IMG/VR virus record: IMGVR_UViG_3300020042_003743
Coordinates: 1-25,562 of that record
DNA length: 25,562 nucleotides
Direction: 5' to 3' (one strand)
Origin: a virus
Lineage: Duplodnaviria; Caudoviricetes
The translations under genes were made by a program, and so were the position numbers. Below the pieces are notes generated by a model. That model saw nothing but the letters and a program-made list of their open reading frames with translations, was not told the DNA's origin and did not search any database. This document shows, in pieces, positions 7,859-16,042 of this stretch (its first letter is position 1; every line of letters starts with the position of its first letter).

Positions 7859-9250
7859 ATGGCGATAGCTAGAACAGACAATTTAAATAATCCAAACACC
7901 GTTGACTCGTCCGGCAGGTCTATTTACGGTTCTCAAGGGTATGCATTTCAAAGATTTGAGCCAAATATGGACGGCGGCCAAGATAGTGTTGGCGATGAAG
8001 GGTTTACTGATGTGGGGTATCAAGTAGGCGATTTGCAAGCCAACCCTAGACTTGCGGCTTATCTTCAGAGTCGCGGGATTATGCCGCAATACGATCCCCA
8101 GTATGGTTTTGTAATCCCGAACGAAGCTAATCCAGGTCAAGTGATGACCGATTATGTGCGGAGTATTGGTGCTGGCGATACGCCCCGAGGCGGTGTAACG
8201 GGGTTCTTAGACAGATACGCAGTTCCGTTGCTGATGGGGGCTACCGGCGCGGGTATGGCTGGCGGGTTTGGTGGCGCTGCCGCTGAAGCGGGTGGTGCTG
8301 CCGCCGCTGGTGGTGGCGGCGGCGGTATGGGGCTTGTACCCCCCGCAAGTGCTGCGGGTATGGGTGGTGCTGGTGCCGCAGGTGTTGCAGGTATGGGGCC
8401 GGTTAGTTACGGCCTTGCTGGTGGCAGTGCAGGCGGCGCAGGGTTGGGCGGCACAACGGCTATGTTAGGTGGTGCAGGCGCTGCTGCGGCGGGCGCCGGT
8501 GCGGGAGCTGCTGCCGGTGGCCTTGCAAGCTGGATGATGCCAGCGGCTATTTTAGGCAGTTCGTTGTTGGGTGTGGGCGCGGCAAAGAGCGCGGCCGACA
8601 CGCAAGCGGGCGCGCAAGATCGCGCCAATGCTTTGGGCTACAAGATGTATGAGCAAGGTCGTCAAGACTTGGCACCATACGCCGGTGCCGGTCTGACAGC
8701 GCAGAATAAGCTGTTGACTTACCTTGGACTGCCAGGGGGCGCGCAAGGTGCAGACTTTGGACGATACGCGGGTGATTTTTCGTCTACGGATTTTCTTGCC
8801 AATAGAGATCCCGGTTACGGCTTTCGCATGTCTGAGGGTATGAAAGGTCTGGAGCGTAGCGCCGCCGCTAGGGGTGGGTTGTTGTCCGGTGCAACGCTAA
8901 AGGGCGCGCAACGATTTGGGCAAGACCTAGCATCAACCGAATATCAAAACGCATTTAATCGTTACCAGACCAATCGCGCTAATGCGCTAGGGCCGTTGGA
9001 TGTTTTGCGCGCGTCCGGTCAAAGCGCGGCGGCAGGGCAAGCGGGTATTGCTGGCAATTACGGCGTGCGCGGTGCGGAGGGGCAAACGGCGTTGGGTAAC
9101 ATTGGTGCTGCGGGCACGATGGGCCAAGCAAACGCTTTAGCGAGCGGATTGGGCCAATACTTAAACTATTCATCCAACGCAGATTTGTCTAACGCGATAC
9201 GAACGTCTGCTTATGGTCGTCCTGTTACAAACGCGTTAGGAGTTAGTTAA
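7859..9250 (+). CDS. DNA transfer/ejection protein (P22 gp7-like) with N-terminal extension
   Basis: GGGAG RBS. Gly/Ala-rich hydrophobic stretch; DPGYGFRMSEGMKGLERSAAARGGLLSGATLK motif typical of this class; first of three ejection-type genes. Confidence 0.75.
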   Translation: MAIARTDNLNNPNTVDSSGRSIYGSQGYAFQRFEPNMDGGQDSVGDEGFTDVGYQVGDLQANPRLAAYLQSRGIMPQYDPQYGFVIPNEANPGQVMTDYVRSIGAGDTPRGGVTGFLDRYAVPLLMGATGAGMAGGFGGAAAEAGGAAAAGGGGGGMGLVPPASAAGMGGAGAAGVAGMGPVSYGLAGGSAGGAGLGGTTAMLGGAGAAAAGAGAGAAAGGLASWMMPAAILGSSLLGVGAAKSAADTQAGAQDRANALGYKMYEQGRQDLAPYAGAGLTAQNKLLTYLGLPGGAQGADFGRYAGDFSSTDFLANRDPGYGFRMSEGMKGLERSAAARGGLLSGATLKGAQRFGQDLASTEYQNAFNRYQTNRANALGPLDVLRASGQSAAAGQAGIAGNYGVRGAEGQTALGNIGAAGTMGQANALASGLGQYLNYSSNADLSNAIRTSAYGRPVTNALGVS

Positions 9251-10669
9251 ATGGCTATTGATCCGTCTATTGCTATGGGTTACCGGGGTCTTGGCGAGCT
9301 GCCAAACCCGATGAACCAACTCGCGCAGGTGTCGCAGATTCAATCTTCACAACGCCAAGGCGAAATGGCGCAGATGCAACTTGATCAGATGCGCCGTGAT
9401 GACGAAACACTCAAGCAAATTCAAGCCAAGGCTGTAGAGCATGGCGGCCCGGCTGATATAAATCAGATTGCTAACGCCTATATCAATTCGGGCAACCCCA
9501 AGTTCATGGAATTTGGTATTAACTTGCGTCAGAAATTGGACGCTAGATCAGCGTTTGAACGCGCTATGAATTTGGGTAACGTCCCGCAGGGCGCGCCTGT
9601 ACCCGCCGCGCCTGCAACTAATGCGCTGGCCCCCACTATGCAAGCCGGTGCATTGGGGTCGGGCACGTTTGGTATGGCTCCTGAGCCGCGCGCCAATCAA
9701 CTTGCCCCTGCTCCTGTGGCCGCCGCGCCCGCTGCTCCAGCAGGGCGCGACATAAATGCGTTACGCGCTAGGCGTGATGCGTTGTTACTAGTAGATGATC
9801 CTCGCGCTGCGGCGGCTGTTCAGTCGTTAAATGCAGAAATTGCTTTGGCGTCCAAAGTAAACACAGCCGCGCCTGGATCGGCTATTTTGGATTCTCAGGG
9901 GCGCATAGTTGGCAATGTACCTGAAGCAACGTCGGCTGATGTTCGCACAATGGAAAAGTTAGGCTACCCTCTTACGCAAGCAGGCTACGCAGCGTTTCGT
10001 GACGCGCAACGTCCAGAGCGTATTTTGACTCCCGCCGAAGAAGCACAAAGAATACGAATTGCCAACGCCAGTCGCGCGCCTTTGCAGCCTGTTGCGCCAA
10101 CAATTACAACAATTGAAGACCCGAATAAGCCAGGCAGTTTCTTGCAAGTTGACGCCCGCACGTATCGAGGCGGCGGCGCAGGGTCGCCCGGCGTAATCGG
10201 CGGGGCAAGACCGTCGGCTACTGCCGAAAAACTTACCCTACAACGAACGCAAATGGGTAAAGACCTTGGTTTTGCAATTACCCAGTTAGCTGACATTACA
10301 AAAGACGGCGGTTTGATTGACCAATCCACTGGTAGCGGCGCAGGTCGATTAACTGATATTGGCGCGGGTTTCTTTGGTAAAGCAATGCCCGGCGCAATTG
10401 CCATTGGAAAGATTGCGCCAATTGCAGATTTAGTCTTAAAAATGGTTCCTCGATTTGAAGGGCCGCAGTCAAACAAAGACACTCAGTCATACAAAGAAGC
10501 TGCGGGTCAATTGGCTGACCCTACGCTTCCCACAGCGGTCAGAAAAGAAGCGGGTAAAACTGTTCTTCGCATAATGACAGAACGCAAAAACCAGTTTGTA
10601 ACTAGCGATATGGCCGCTGAAGGCGCGCCGTCTGGCGGCAATGTTGTTGATTTCGGAGAATTAAAATAA
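9251..10669 (+). CDS. Putative ejection protein (gp20-like position)
   Basis: 472 aa, AGGAG RBS, Gln/Ala-rich helical composition; call from synteny. Confidence 0.6.
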   Translation: MAIDPSIAMGYRGLGELPNPMNQLAQVSQIQSSQRQGEMAQMQLDQMRRDDETLKQIQAKAVEHGGPADINQIANAYINSGNPKFMEFGINLRQKLDARSAFERAMNLGNVPQGAPVPAAPATNALAPTMQAGALGSGTFGMAPEPRANQLAPAPVAAAPAAPAGRDINALRARRDALLLVDDPRAAAAVQSLNAEIALASKVNTAAPGSAILDSQGRIVGNVPEATSADVRTMEKLGYPLTQAGYAAFRDAQRPERILTPAEEAQRIRIANASRAPLQPVAPTITTIEDPNKPGSFLQVDARTYRGGGAGSPGVIGGARPSATAEKLTLQRTQMGKDLGFAITQLADITKDGGLIDQSTGSGAGRLTDIGAGFFGKAMPGAIAIGKIAPIADLVLKMVPRFEGPQSNKDTQSYKEAAGQLADPTLPTAVRKEAGKTVLRIMTERKNQFVTSDMAAEGAPSGGNVVDFGELK

Positions 10670-12747
10670 TGGATGTTCGCCTTCCTGACGGAACGATCAT
10701 ACGAAATGTGCCTGACGGCATAAGCAAAGCCGACTTAACCGCCAAGCTAAAAAACAACGGATATGACGTAGCTAAGTTAAACGCCGCCGCTCCCGCAGGT
10801 AGCGAGATCCCCGCGCCGCGCGCCGAAGTGCCAGCATGGGCACGTAAATACCCGCAGCTATATGGTGTTGCAGGGGCCGCGCGGGAAACGCTAGGGCCAT
10901 TGCTCGAAATGGGCGGGATGGTTGGCGGCAGCGTTGTTGGTTCGGGTTTGGGGCCAGCAGGTATTGTAGGTGGCGCTGGTTTAGGCTACGGCATAGGCAA
11001 AGAAGCCACTCGTTTAGCCGATATTGCGCTCGGCAATGCACCGGCTCAACCGCTAACGCAAACGCTCCCGCAAGCGGCGCAGAATGTTCTTGAAGGCGCG
11101 ACAATGGAAGCCGGTGGGCGGGTGCTAGTGCCTGCGGTTGTTAAAGCTGGGGGATATGTTATTGACGCTTTTACCGGCCAGTTAGCTCCGCTTAAAGCCG
11201 CCAAAATCGCGCAACAATCGTTAGGGCCAGATTTAGCTGCGGCGCAAGCCGCTGCGCGTGCAAATCCTACCGCAACATTCCCCGAAGCTATAGCAAATAT
11301 TAATTCGCCAACCGCGCAGGCTTTGGCTAATCGAATGCTAGCGCGTGATCCTCGTTTTGCGCGCGCAAACGCCGCCGCACGTGAAGCCGAAAACGTAAAT
11401 GCGCTTACACCTTTGGCACAAGGTCAAACGCAAACGGAAACAATTGCGGCTCGCGATCAAGCTAGACAGGCGCTTAACGCAGAATTGATACCAACACTGC
11501 AAACGGAGCTTAACGCGGCAAATATCGCCGCAGGTAAGCTGCCACAACTGGAAGGCCAAGCCACACGTTTTGGTGAAGCCGCCGCAAATAAAGTTGAAGA
11601 TGTGCGCCGGTTTACGGCGGCGGGCGAACGCGCCGGTGAAAGGGCAAAAACGTGGGAACCGACAACAATTAGAGATACCGGCCAAAGTCTGTTGCCCCGC
11701 TATGCAAAAGACCATCCGGCGTACCAATGGACATACCCCGGGCAATTAGCGGTCAAAGCCGAAGAAGTTGCTACGCAAGCTGCGGAAGGTTCTTTGCGGT
11801 TTGGCGAAGCTGCACGATTTAGCCAAGCCGCTGCGGACAGTCTTGCCGCGCACGGGCTTAAACCGTTAACCGCAAGTTCAATTACGCAACGCTTGGCAGC
11901 CATAGTCCGCGATCCCGAATTGGCGGGGAACAAAGACGTTATTACGGCTATCAATCGTGTCGGCAAAGATATTAATGAATGGGGCAATTCCGGCGGCGTC
12001 ATAGATGCGTTTGCGTTAGACAGCATTCGTAAAAACTCAGTAAACGCCGTAGTAAAAAAATTATCCGACGATCCTACTGTTCAAAAACAATTGGCCGCTG
12101 AAGTCACCGCTAAAGTGCGCCCGTATATTGTGCGAGCTATTGAGGATGCGGGAGGCACTGGATACGGTGATTATCTTCAAGCCTACCAAGCGGGTCGGCA
12201 CGTAATAGACCAATCAAAAATGAGCGCGGAAGCGCTTAAACTGTATCGTCAATCGCCAGCGGAATTTATAAAACTGGTTGAAGGCAATTCACCGGACGCG
12301 GTGCGTAAGATATTTGGCGCAAAGAACTACGATATAGTTAAAGAAATGAGCGCCGACGCTATGGGCGCTATGCGCGGTGTTGTTGCCAACGTAAAGCGTG
12401 GCGAAGCAATAACAGAACAGACTTCAGCAGGGCAGCAAGCATTGCGTGAATTGTTAGTTGCTAACACGTCTAATTTTAGGCTTCCGTGGGGTTTAAGCGT
12501 GCAGACGGCGGGCACAAACGCGGCGTTAGATATGCTGCAAAATAAATTAAATAAAAAGGTTATGAATACTCTTACGGAAGCGTATAAATCTGGCGTAAGC
12601 GCGGATAAACTTCTTAACGCTTTACCCTTAGCGCAACGTGCAAATGTTCGGCAAGTTGTAGAGTCTCTTATTTCGCCTATTACCGCTGCCGCAGGTAATG
12701 CGCTAATGCCTAATGAACAATCCCAAAACCGATTGGCACCCCAATAA
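10669..12747 (+). CDS. Putative large ejection protein (gp16-like position)
   Basis: 692 aa, Ala-rich, glycine-zipper segment GGMVGGSVVGSGLGPAGIVGGAGLG, TAATG coupling; call from synteny. Confidence 0.6.
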   Translation: MDVRLPDGTIIRNVPDGISKADLTAKLKNNGYDVAKLNAAAPAGSEIPAPRAEVPAWARKYPQLYGVAGAARETLGPLLEMGGMVGGSVVGSGLGPAGIVGGAGLGYGIGKEATRLADIALGNAPAQPLTQTLPQAAQNVLEGATMEAGGRVLVPAVVKAGGYVIDAFTGQLAPLKAAKIAQQSLGPDLAAAQAAARANPTATFPEAIANINSPTAQALANRMLARDPRFARANAAAREAENVNALTPLAQGQTQTETIAARDQARQALNAELIPTLQTELNAANIAAGKLPQLEGQATRFGEAAANKVEDVRRFTAAGERAGERAKTWEPTTIRDTGQSLLPRYAKDHPAYQWTYPGQLAVKAEEVATQAAEGSLRFGEAARFSQAAADSLAAHGLKPLTASSITQRLAAIVRDPELAGNKDVITAINRVGKDINEWGNSGGVIDAFALDSIRKNSVNAVVKKLSDDPTVQKQLAAEVTAKVRPYIVRAIEDAGGTGYGDYLQAYQAGRHVIDQSKMSAEALKLYRQSPAEFIKLVEGNSPDAVRKIFGAKNYDIVKEMSADAMGAMRGVVANVKRGEAITEQTSAGQQALRELLVANTSNFRLPWGLSVQTAGTNAALDMLQNKLNKKVMNTLTEAYKSGVSADKLLNALPLAQRANVRQVVESLISPITAAAGNALMPNEQSQNRLAPQ

Positions 12748-12911
12748 TGGCAACCTCTACCGAACTCGACGTTCGTCTGACCTCGCACGAAGCGGTGTGC
12801 GAGTTGCGCTACGAATCTATCAGCGCAAGGCTTAAGCGCATTGAGATGATCGGCATTACTGCGGCGGGTGCCATTATTATGTTGCTGCTAAATTTAGTTA
12901 TGAAAGGCTGA
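12747..12911 (+). CDS. 54-aa single-TM protein (XhlA-like/holin-like candidate)
   Basis: Not in track. TAATG overlap. MATSTELDVRLTSHEAVCELRYESISARLKRIEMIGITAAGAIIMLLLNLVMKG*: coiled coil plus C-terminal hydrophobic helix, at the start of the lysis cassette. Confidence 0.75.
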   Translation: MATSTELDVRLTSHEAVCELRYESISARLKRIEMIGITAAGAIIMLLLNLVMKG

Positions 12912-12913
12912 CC

Positions 12914-13456
12914 ATGAAAACGCTATTGCTGTTGACCTTGCTATCGACCAACGCGCTCGCGGGTGGCGTTAATCTGATGATGTGCAATGGCGAGTTTGCT
13001 TTGTGTGCAGCCTCGGCCAGCGTGCCGACCGGCAAGACGATCAAGGTAGACGGTAAAGAGTTTCAAGAGGGCATGGCGGTCTGTCCGGTGTTGACCGGCA
13101 AAGCCATTGCCAATGCGGATCTGATGAAGAACAGTTGCAAAGCCCCTGCGGGTAAGGTCTGGTCGCTATTCTCAACGGTCACCGAATACCCACAGGCGCC
13201 AAGCTGGGCGGTGGTTACGATGACACCGCGCACGTTCGTCACCACGACCGCTGCCGGTGGTGGCATGTCGAATCAGTGGTCATTTCTGTGCGATTTGCAA
13301 GTCAAAAAGGTTAACGGCGTGCAGCTCGCCAACTGCTACGGGCCGATCAACGAGTCACCGTGGAATAACGGCCATGTGCCGGTAGGCAGCACTGCGTTTA
13401 CTGCTGCGCCGGTCGGTGCGGCAAACCCCGTCGGCGGCAATGTGCCGAGTAAATAA
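12914..13456 (+). CDS. Secreted Cys-rich protein of unknown function
   Basis: Signal-peptide-like MKTLLLLTLLSTNALA (A-x-A); six Cys in the mature part; AAAGG RBS. Confidence 0.8.
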   Translation: MKTLLLLTLLSTNALAGGVNLMMCNGEFALCAASASVPTGKTIKVDGKEFQEGMAVCPVLTGKAIANADLMKNSCKAPAGKVWSLFSTVTEYPQAPSWAVVTMTPRTFVTTTAAGGGMSNQWSFLCDLQVKKVNGVQLANCYGPINESPWNNGHVPVGSTAFTAAPVGAANPVGGNVPSK

Positions 13457-13466
13457 GGAGATTATT

Positions 13467-13634
13467 ATGGGTTGGTTAAAAGCAAGGTTTGGAGAAGCAA
13501 GCACAATGGCAGGGTTGGGTGTTATTGCAATGGTTGCAATTCCGATGGTGCCGCCCCAGTATCAACTGCTTGCACAGGGCATTGCCGTGGCTCTTGGTTT
13601 GGGTGGAGTGGTGCGACCTGAAAATGCTAAGTAA
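13467..13634 (+). CDS. Putative 2-TM holin (55 aa)
   Basis: AAGGAG RBS 13455-13460, ATG 13467. Two hydrophobic segments and charged C-terminus; overlaps the endolysin start. Confidence 0.7.
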   Translation: MGWLKARFGEASTMAGLGVIAMVAIPMVPPQYQLLAQGIAVALGLGGVVRPENAK

Positions 13635-14136
13635 CTTTCCGGCAGCGCTGGCGCTGGTGTTGAAGTCAGAAGGAAATTTTGTAAATCATAGAAATGATCC
13701 CGGAGGCATGACAAACCTCGGCGTAACACGCAACGTCTGGCGAGACTGGGTTAACCGCGACGTTGACGAGGCCGAGATGCGCTCTCTGACACCCGAGCTA
13801 GTGACCCCCCTATACAAAGCGCGATACTGGGATGCTTGCAAGTGCGACGATCTGCCCCGAGGCGTGGACTACGCGGTGTTTGATAGCGCGGTGAACATGG
13901 GGCCGTCTAGGGCCGCAAAGCTGCTACAGGCGGCGCTAGAAGTGAAGGCTGATGGTATTATCGGCAGGGCCACGATCGCTGCTGCGACCGCTGCCGATCC
14001 CGTTGAGCTGCTGGAGGCGTTTAGCCTGGGCAAGGAAGCGTTTTACCAATCCCTGCCGACTTTTGCGACGTTCGGCAAAGGCTGGCTTAACCGGGTAGCA
14101 CACGTCCAGGATGCTGCGGAACAGATGATGGGCTAG
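13624..14136 (+). CDS. Endolysin, glycoside hydrolase family 108 with C-terminal peptidoglycan-binding domain
   Basis: ATG 13624 (track start 13489 too long). SEGNFVNHRNDPGGMTNLG, FDSAVNMG, DGIIG and FGKGWLNRV motifs. Confidence 0.92.
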   Translation: MLSNFPAALALVLKSEGNFVNHRNDPGGMTNLGVTRNVWRDWVNRDVDEAEMRSLTPELVTPLYKARYWDACKCDDLPRGVDYAVFDSAVNMGPSRAAKLLQAALEVKADGIIGRATIAAATAADPVELLEAFSLGKEAFYQSLPTFATFGKGWLNRVAHVQDAAEQMMG

Positions 14137-14762
14137 GTTTTTTCTTTGAGATCATAAAACCAGTCATCACCGGCAGACCATTTGCGTGTGCCGTCTACCG
14201 TCCACAGTCTTTGTGCTGCCTGAAAGTCAGGAAACTTGGTTTCGGCAGGAATTAACGACTGGTCATACCACAGGCAACGATTGTTGGGTTGACAAGCAAA
14301 CTGTCCATTCTCAAGCGCAATCCAATTGAAAGACTTGTGTTCCTCGGCCTGCTCTGTAAAGCCAGTGTCTAGCGCCATTTCGTCAGCGCAGAAGTCCACC
14401 GTAAACAAGTAGCGCCCAAAGTGCCACTGCTTGTCTTTGCCCAAGAACTTCACGCCTAGATTACGCAGGCCAATCTTTTCAATGATGGTAAATTGATACC
14501 CCATGCAATCCCACAGCTGCAGCACATCAATCGGCAGGTTGCCAGCGTCTTTGTGCCACACGTAGGCATGGATCGGCAGCTTGTCGTAAAGCGCACCGTA
14601 GTTTGGCAGCAGTGACTCAATGCGGAACACTTGGCCGCGCAGGGCTTTGAGGCTTACCCATATGGCCGGTTCTAATTCATTGTGGCCCTTGTGATCGTTA
14701 TACAAAAACTCACGTTTGACAAAGCATTTTAAGGGCGGCAACGATGCCACGATGTAACTCAC
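14133..14762 (-). CDS. Hypothetical protein (209 aa, aromatic-rich)
   Basis: GTG start at 14762 with GGAG RBS and GTGA overlap with the upstream stop; globular composition. Confidence 0.8.
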   Translation of the reverse strand: MSYIVASLPPLKCFVKREFLYNDHKGHNELEPAIWVSLKALRGQVFRIESLLPNYGALYDKLPIHAYVWHKDAGNLPIDVLQLWDCMGYQFTIIEKIGLRNLGVKFLGKDKQWHFGRYLFTVDFCADEMALDTGFTEQAEEHKSFNWIALENGQFACQPNNRCLWYDQSLIPAETKFPDFQAAQRLWTVDGTRKWSAGDDWFYDLKEKT

Positions 14763-14989
14763 GTATTTTTCTCCTGCAGCTTGGCTTGAACGCTTGCTGC
14801 AAACGTATACCAACCACTCAGCTTCATACCTTCTTCCTGATATTTAGCGTGTTCTTTATACAGCCGCAATATTTCCTCCTCAGTCAGTGATACCCATTCC
14901 CGTTTCTCGGGGTTCATCTCAAGCATTGGTGTGTCCACGCGCTCAAACTGTGGGTCAAGGGCCGCGCCTATGTCGGTTATCTTGCTCAT
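14759..14989 (-). CDS. Hypothetical protein (76 aa)
   Basis: Coupled at both ends; REWVSLTEEEI...AKLQEKNT resembles a common small phage protein pattern. Confidence 0.75.
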   Translation of the reverse strand: MSKITDIGAALDPQFERVDTPMLEMNPEKREWVSLTEEEILRLYKEHAKYQEEGMKLSGWYTFAASVQAKLQEKNT

Positions 14990-15093
14990 CGCATCACCGC
15001 TGCCATGCCGATGATGACCAGCACGACAACGACGATGCCGATCCTGCCGCAGTCAGCGATTCCTTGTGTATAACCTTCATTCCAGTCGCTCAT
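14986..15093 (-). CDS. 35-aa single-TM peptide
   Basis: Not in track. MSDWNEGYTQGIADCGRIGIVVVVLVIIGMAAVMR*; ATGA overlaps at both ends. Confidence 0.7.
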   Translation of the reverse strand: MSDWNEGYTQGIADCGRIGIVVVVLVIIGMAAVMR

Positions 15094-15224
15094 TTTTTAG
15101 CCTTTTTTGTTTTGCGCTTGTACGCCTTCATCCGATCTTTAAGACCGTCTGCCGACGTGTGCGTCGTGGCGCTGTGGTATTTAAACTTCTTGTCCGTTAA
15201 TCGTAACGCTAGCTTCGTTTCCAT
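15090..15224 (-). CDS. 44-aa basic protein
   Basis: Not in track. AAGGAGG RBS; METKLALRLTDKKFKYHSATTHTSADGLKDRMKAYKRKTKKAKK*; ATGA overlap downstream. Confidence 0.75.
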   Translation of the reverse strand: METKLALRLTDKKFKYHSATTHTSADGLKDRMKAYKRKTKKAKK

Positions 15225-15415
15225 TTGGTTGTTGCCTCCTTAAAGAGTTCGATCCGTTCCCGCGTAACCCGCAGGCTGTTATACCGCTGGTGCAGGCGTT
15301 CCAGCACCACGATGCGCCGTAGATCGGCGCGTTCCGCGTTGAGCATATCCAGCACCTCGGCTTCAGTCTTGGTGCCGAGCGTGTGGTTCAGCTCACGCCA
15401 GGTTAGCTTTTTCAA
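15209..15415 (-). CDS. Hypothetical protein (68 aa)
   Basis: TTG start at 15415 preceded by GGAG (track start 15436). Helical, ERLHQRY motif. Confidence 0.7.
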   Translation of the reverse strand: MKKLTWRELNHTLGTKTEAEVLDMLNAERADLRRIVVLERLHQRYNSLRVTRERIELFKEATTKWKRS

Positions 15416-15551
15416 TTTGTGTCTCCAATTTGGCAATGGTTCGCATCACCTTAATTAAGCCGCGCTTGGCAACCGCATACTGTCGCTCACGAATCACCAG
15501 CTCCCGTAGTGCACCCTTCAGTTTGGCTTTCGCCTGTTCTTGCCTTGTCAT
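15393..15551 (-). CDS. 52-aa coiled-coil protein
   Basis: Not in track. AAGGAG RBS; MTRQEQAKAKLKGALRELVIRERQYAVAKRGLIKVMRTIAKLETQIEKANLA*. Confidence 0.7.
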   Translation of the reverse strand: MTRQEQAKAKLKGALRELVIRERQYAVAKRGLIKVMRTIAKLETQIEKANLA

Positions 15552-15565
15552 TTAATAAACTCCTT

Positions 15566-16042
15566 TTAATTTCTAGCAAAATCACCGTGATACTTGGCTC
15601 TAACTTCTTCCGCGATAAGCACCGCAAGCTCAAAATCCGTTACGTCTTTACAAAATACACCCCCGTCGTAACGCACCCGCACGCGCCATGTTTGACGTTG
15701 TTTGTTCCAGCTAACATTTTTTACCCCCAAAGCGTTATTTTTTTGCACGGGGCTATTGCGTCGATTTTGACTACGCGTAGCTGCGCGTAAATTTTCAATT
15801 TTGTTATTGCTGCGGTTATTATCTTTATGGTCTATTTCCGCAGGTAGCCAACCGTGATGCCACAAAAAAATTACGCGGTGGGCGGAATAAAATTTATGCT
15901 TTAGTTTTATTTTTACGTAGCCAGTATTTGCTGCTGTCCCCGCTAAAGCGCCTAAACGTACGCGGCGTGATGGCGATATACGCCAATACAATTGCCCATC
16001 CAAATAATCAAAAAAATGTTTTACTTCATCTTGAGTAATCAT
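15566..16042 (-). CDS. Free-standing HNH endonuclease with AP2-like C-terminal domain (putative homing endonuclease)
   Basis: AHRVIF...IDHKDNNRSNNKIENLR...QN motif; GVKNVSWNK...W...YHGDFA C-terminus; AT-rich relative to the helicase. Confidence 0.9.
   Translation of the reverse strand: MITQDEVKHFFDYLDGQLYWRISPSRRVRLGALAGTAANTGYVKIKLKHKFYSAHRVIFLWHHGWLPAEIDHKDNNRSNNKIENLRAATRSQNRRNSPVQKNNALGVKNVSWNKQRQTWRVRVRYDGGVFCKDVTDFELAVLIAEEVRAKYHGDFARN

Noticed and set aside
8230-8530. GGT/GGC/GCT-rich low-complexity DNA as a tandem repeat locus
   Set aside because: Reflects Gly/Ala codons with no fixed period.
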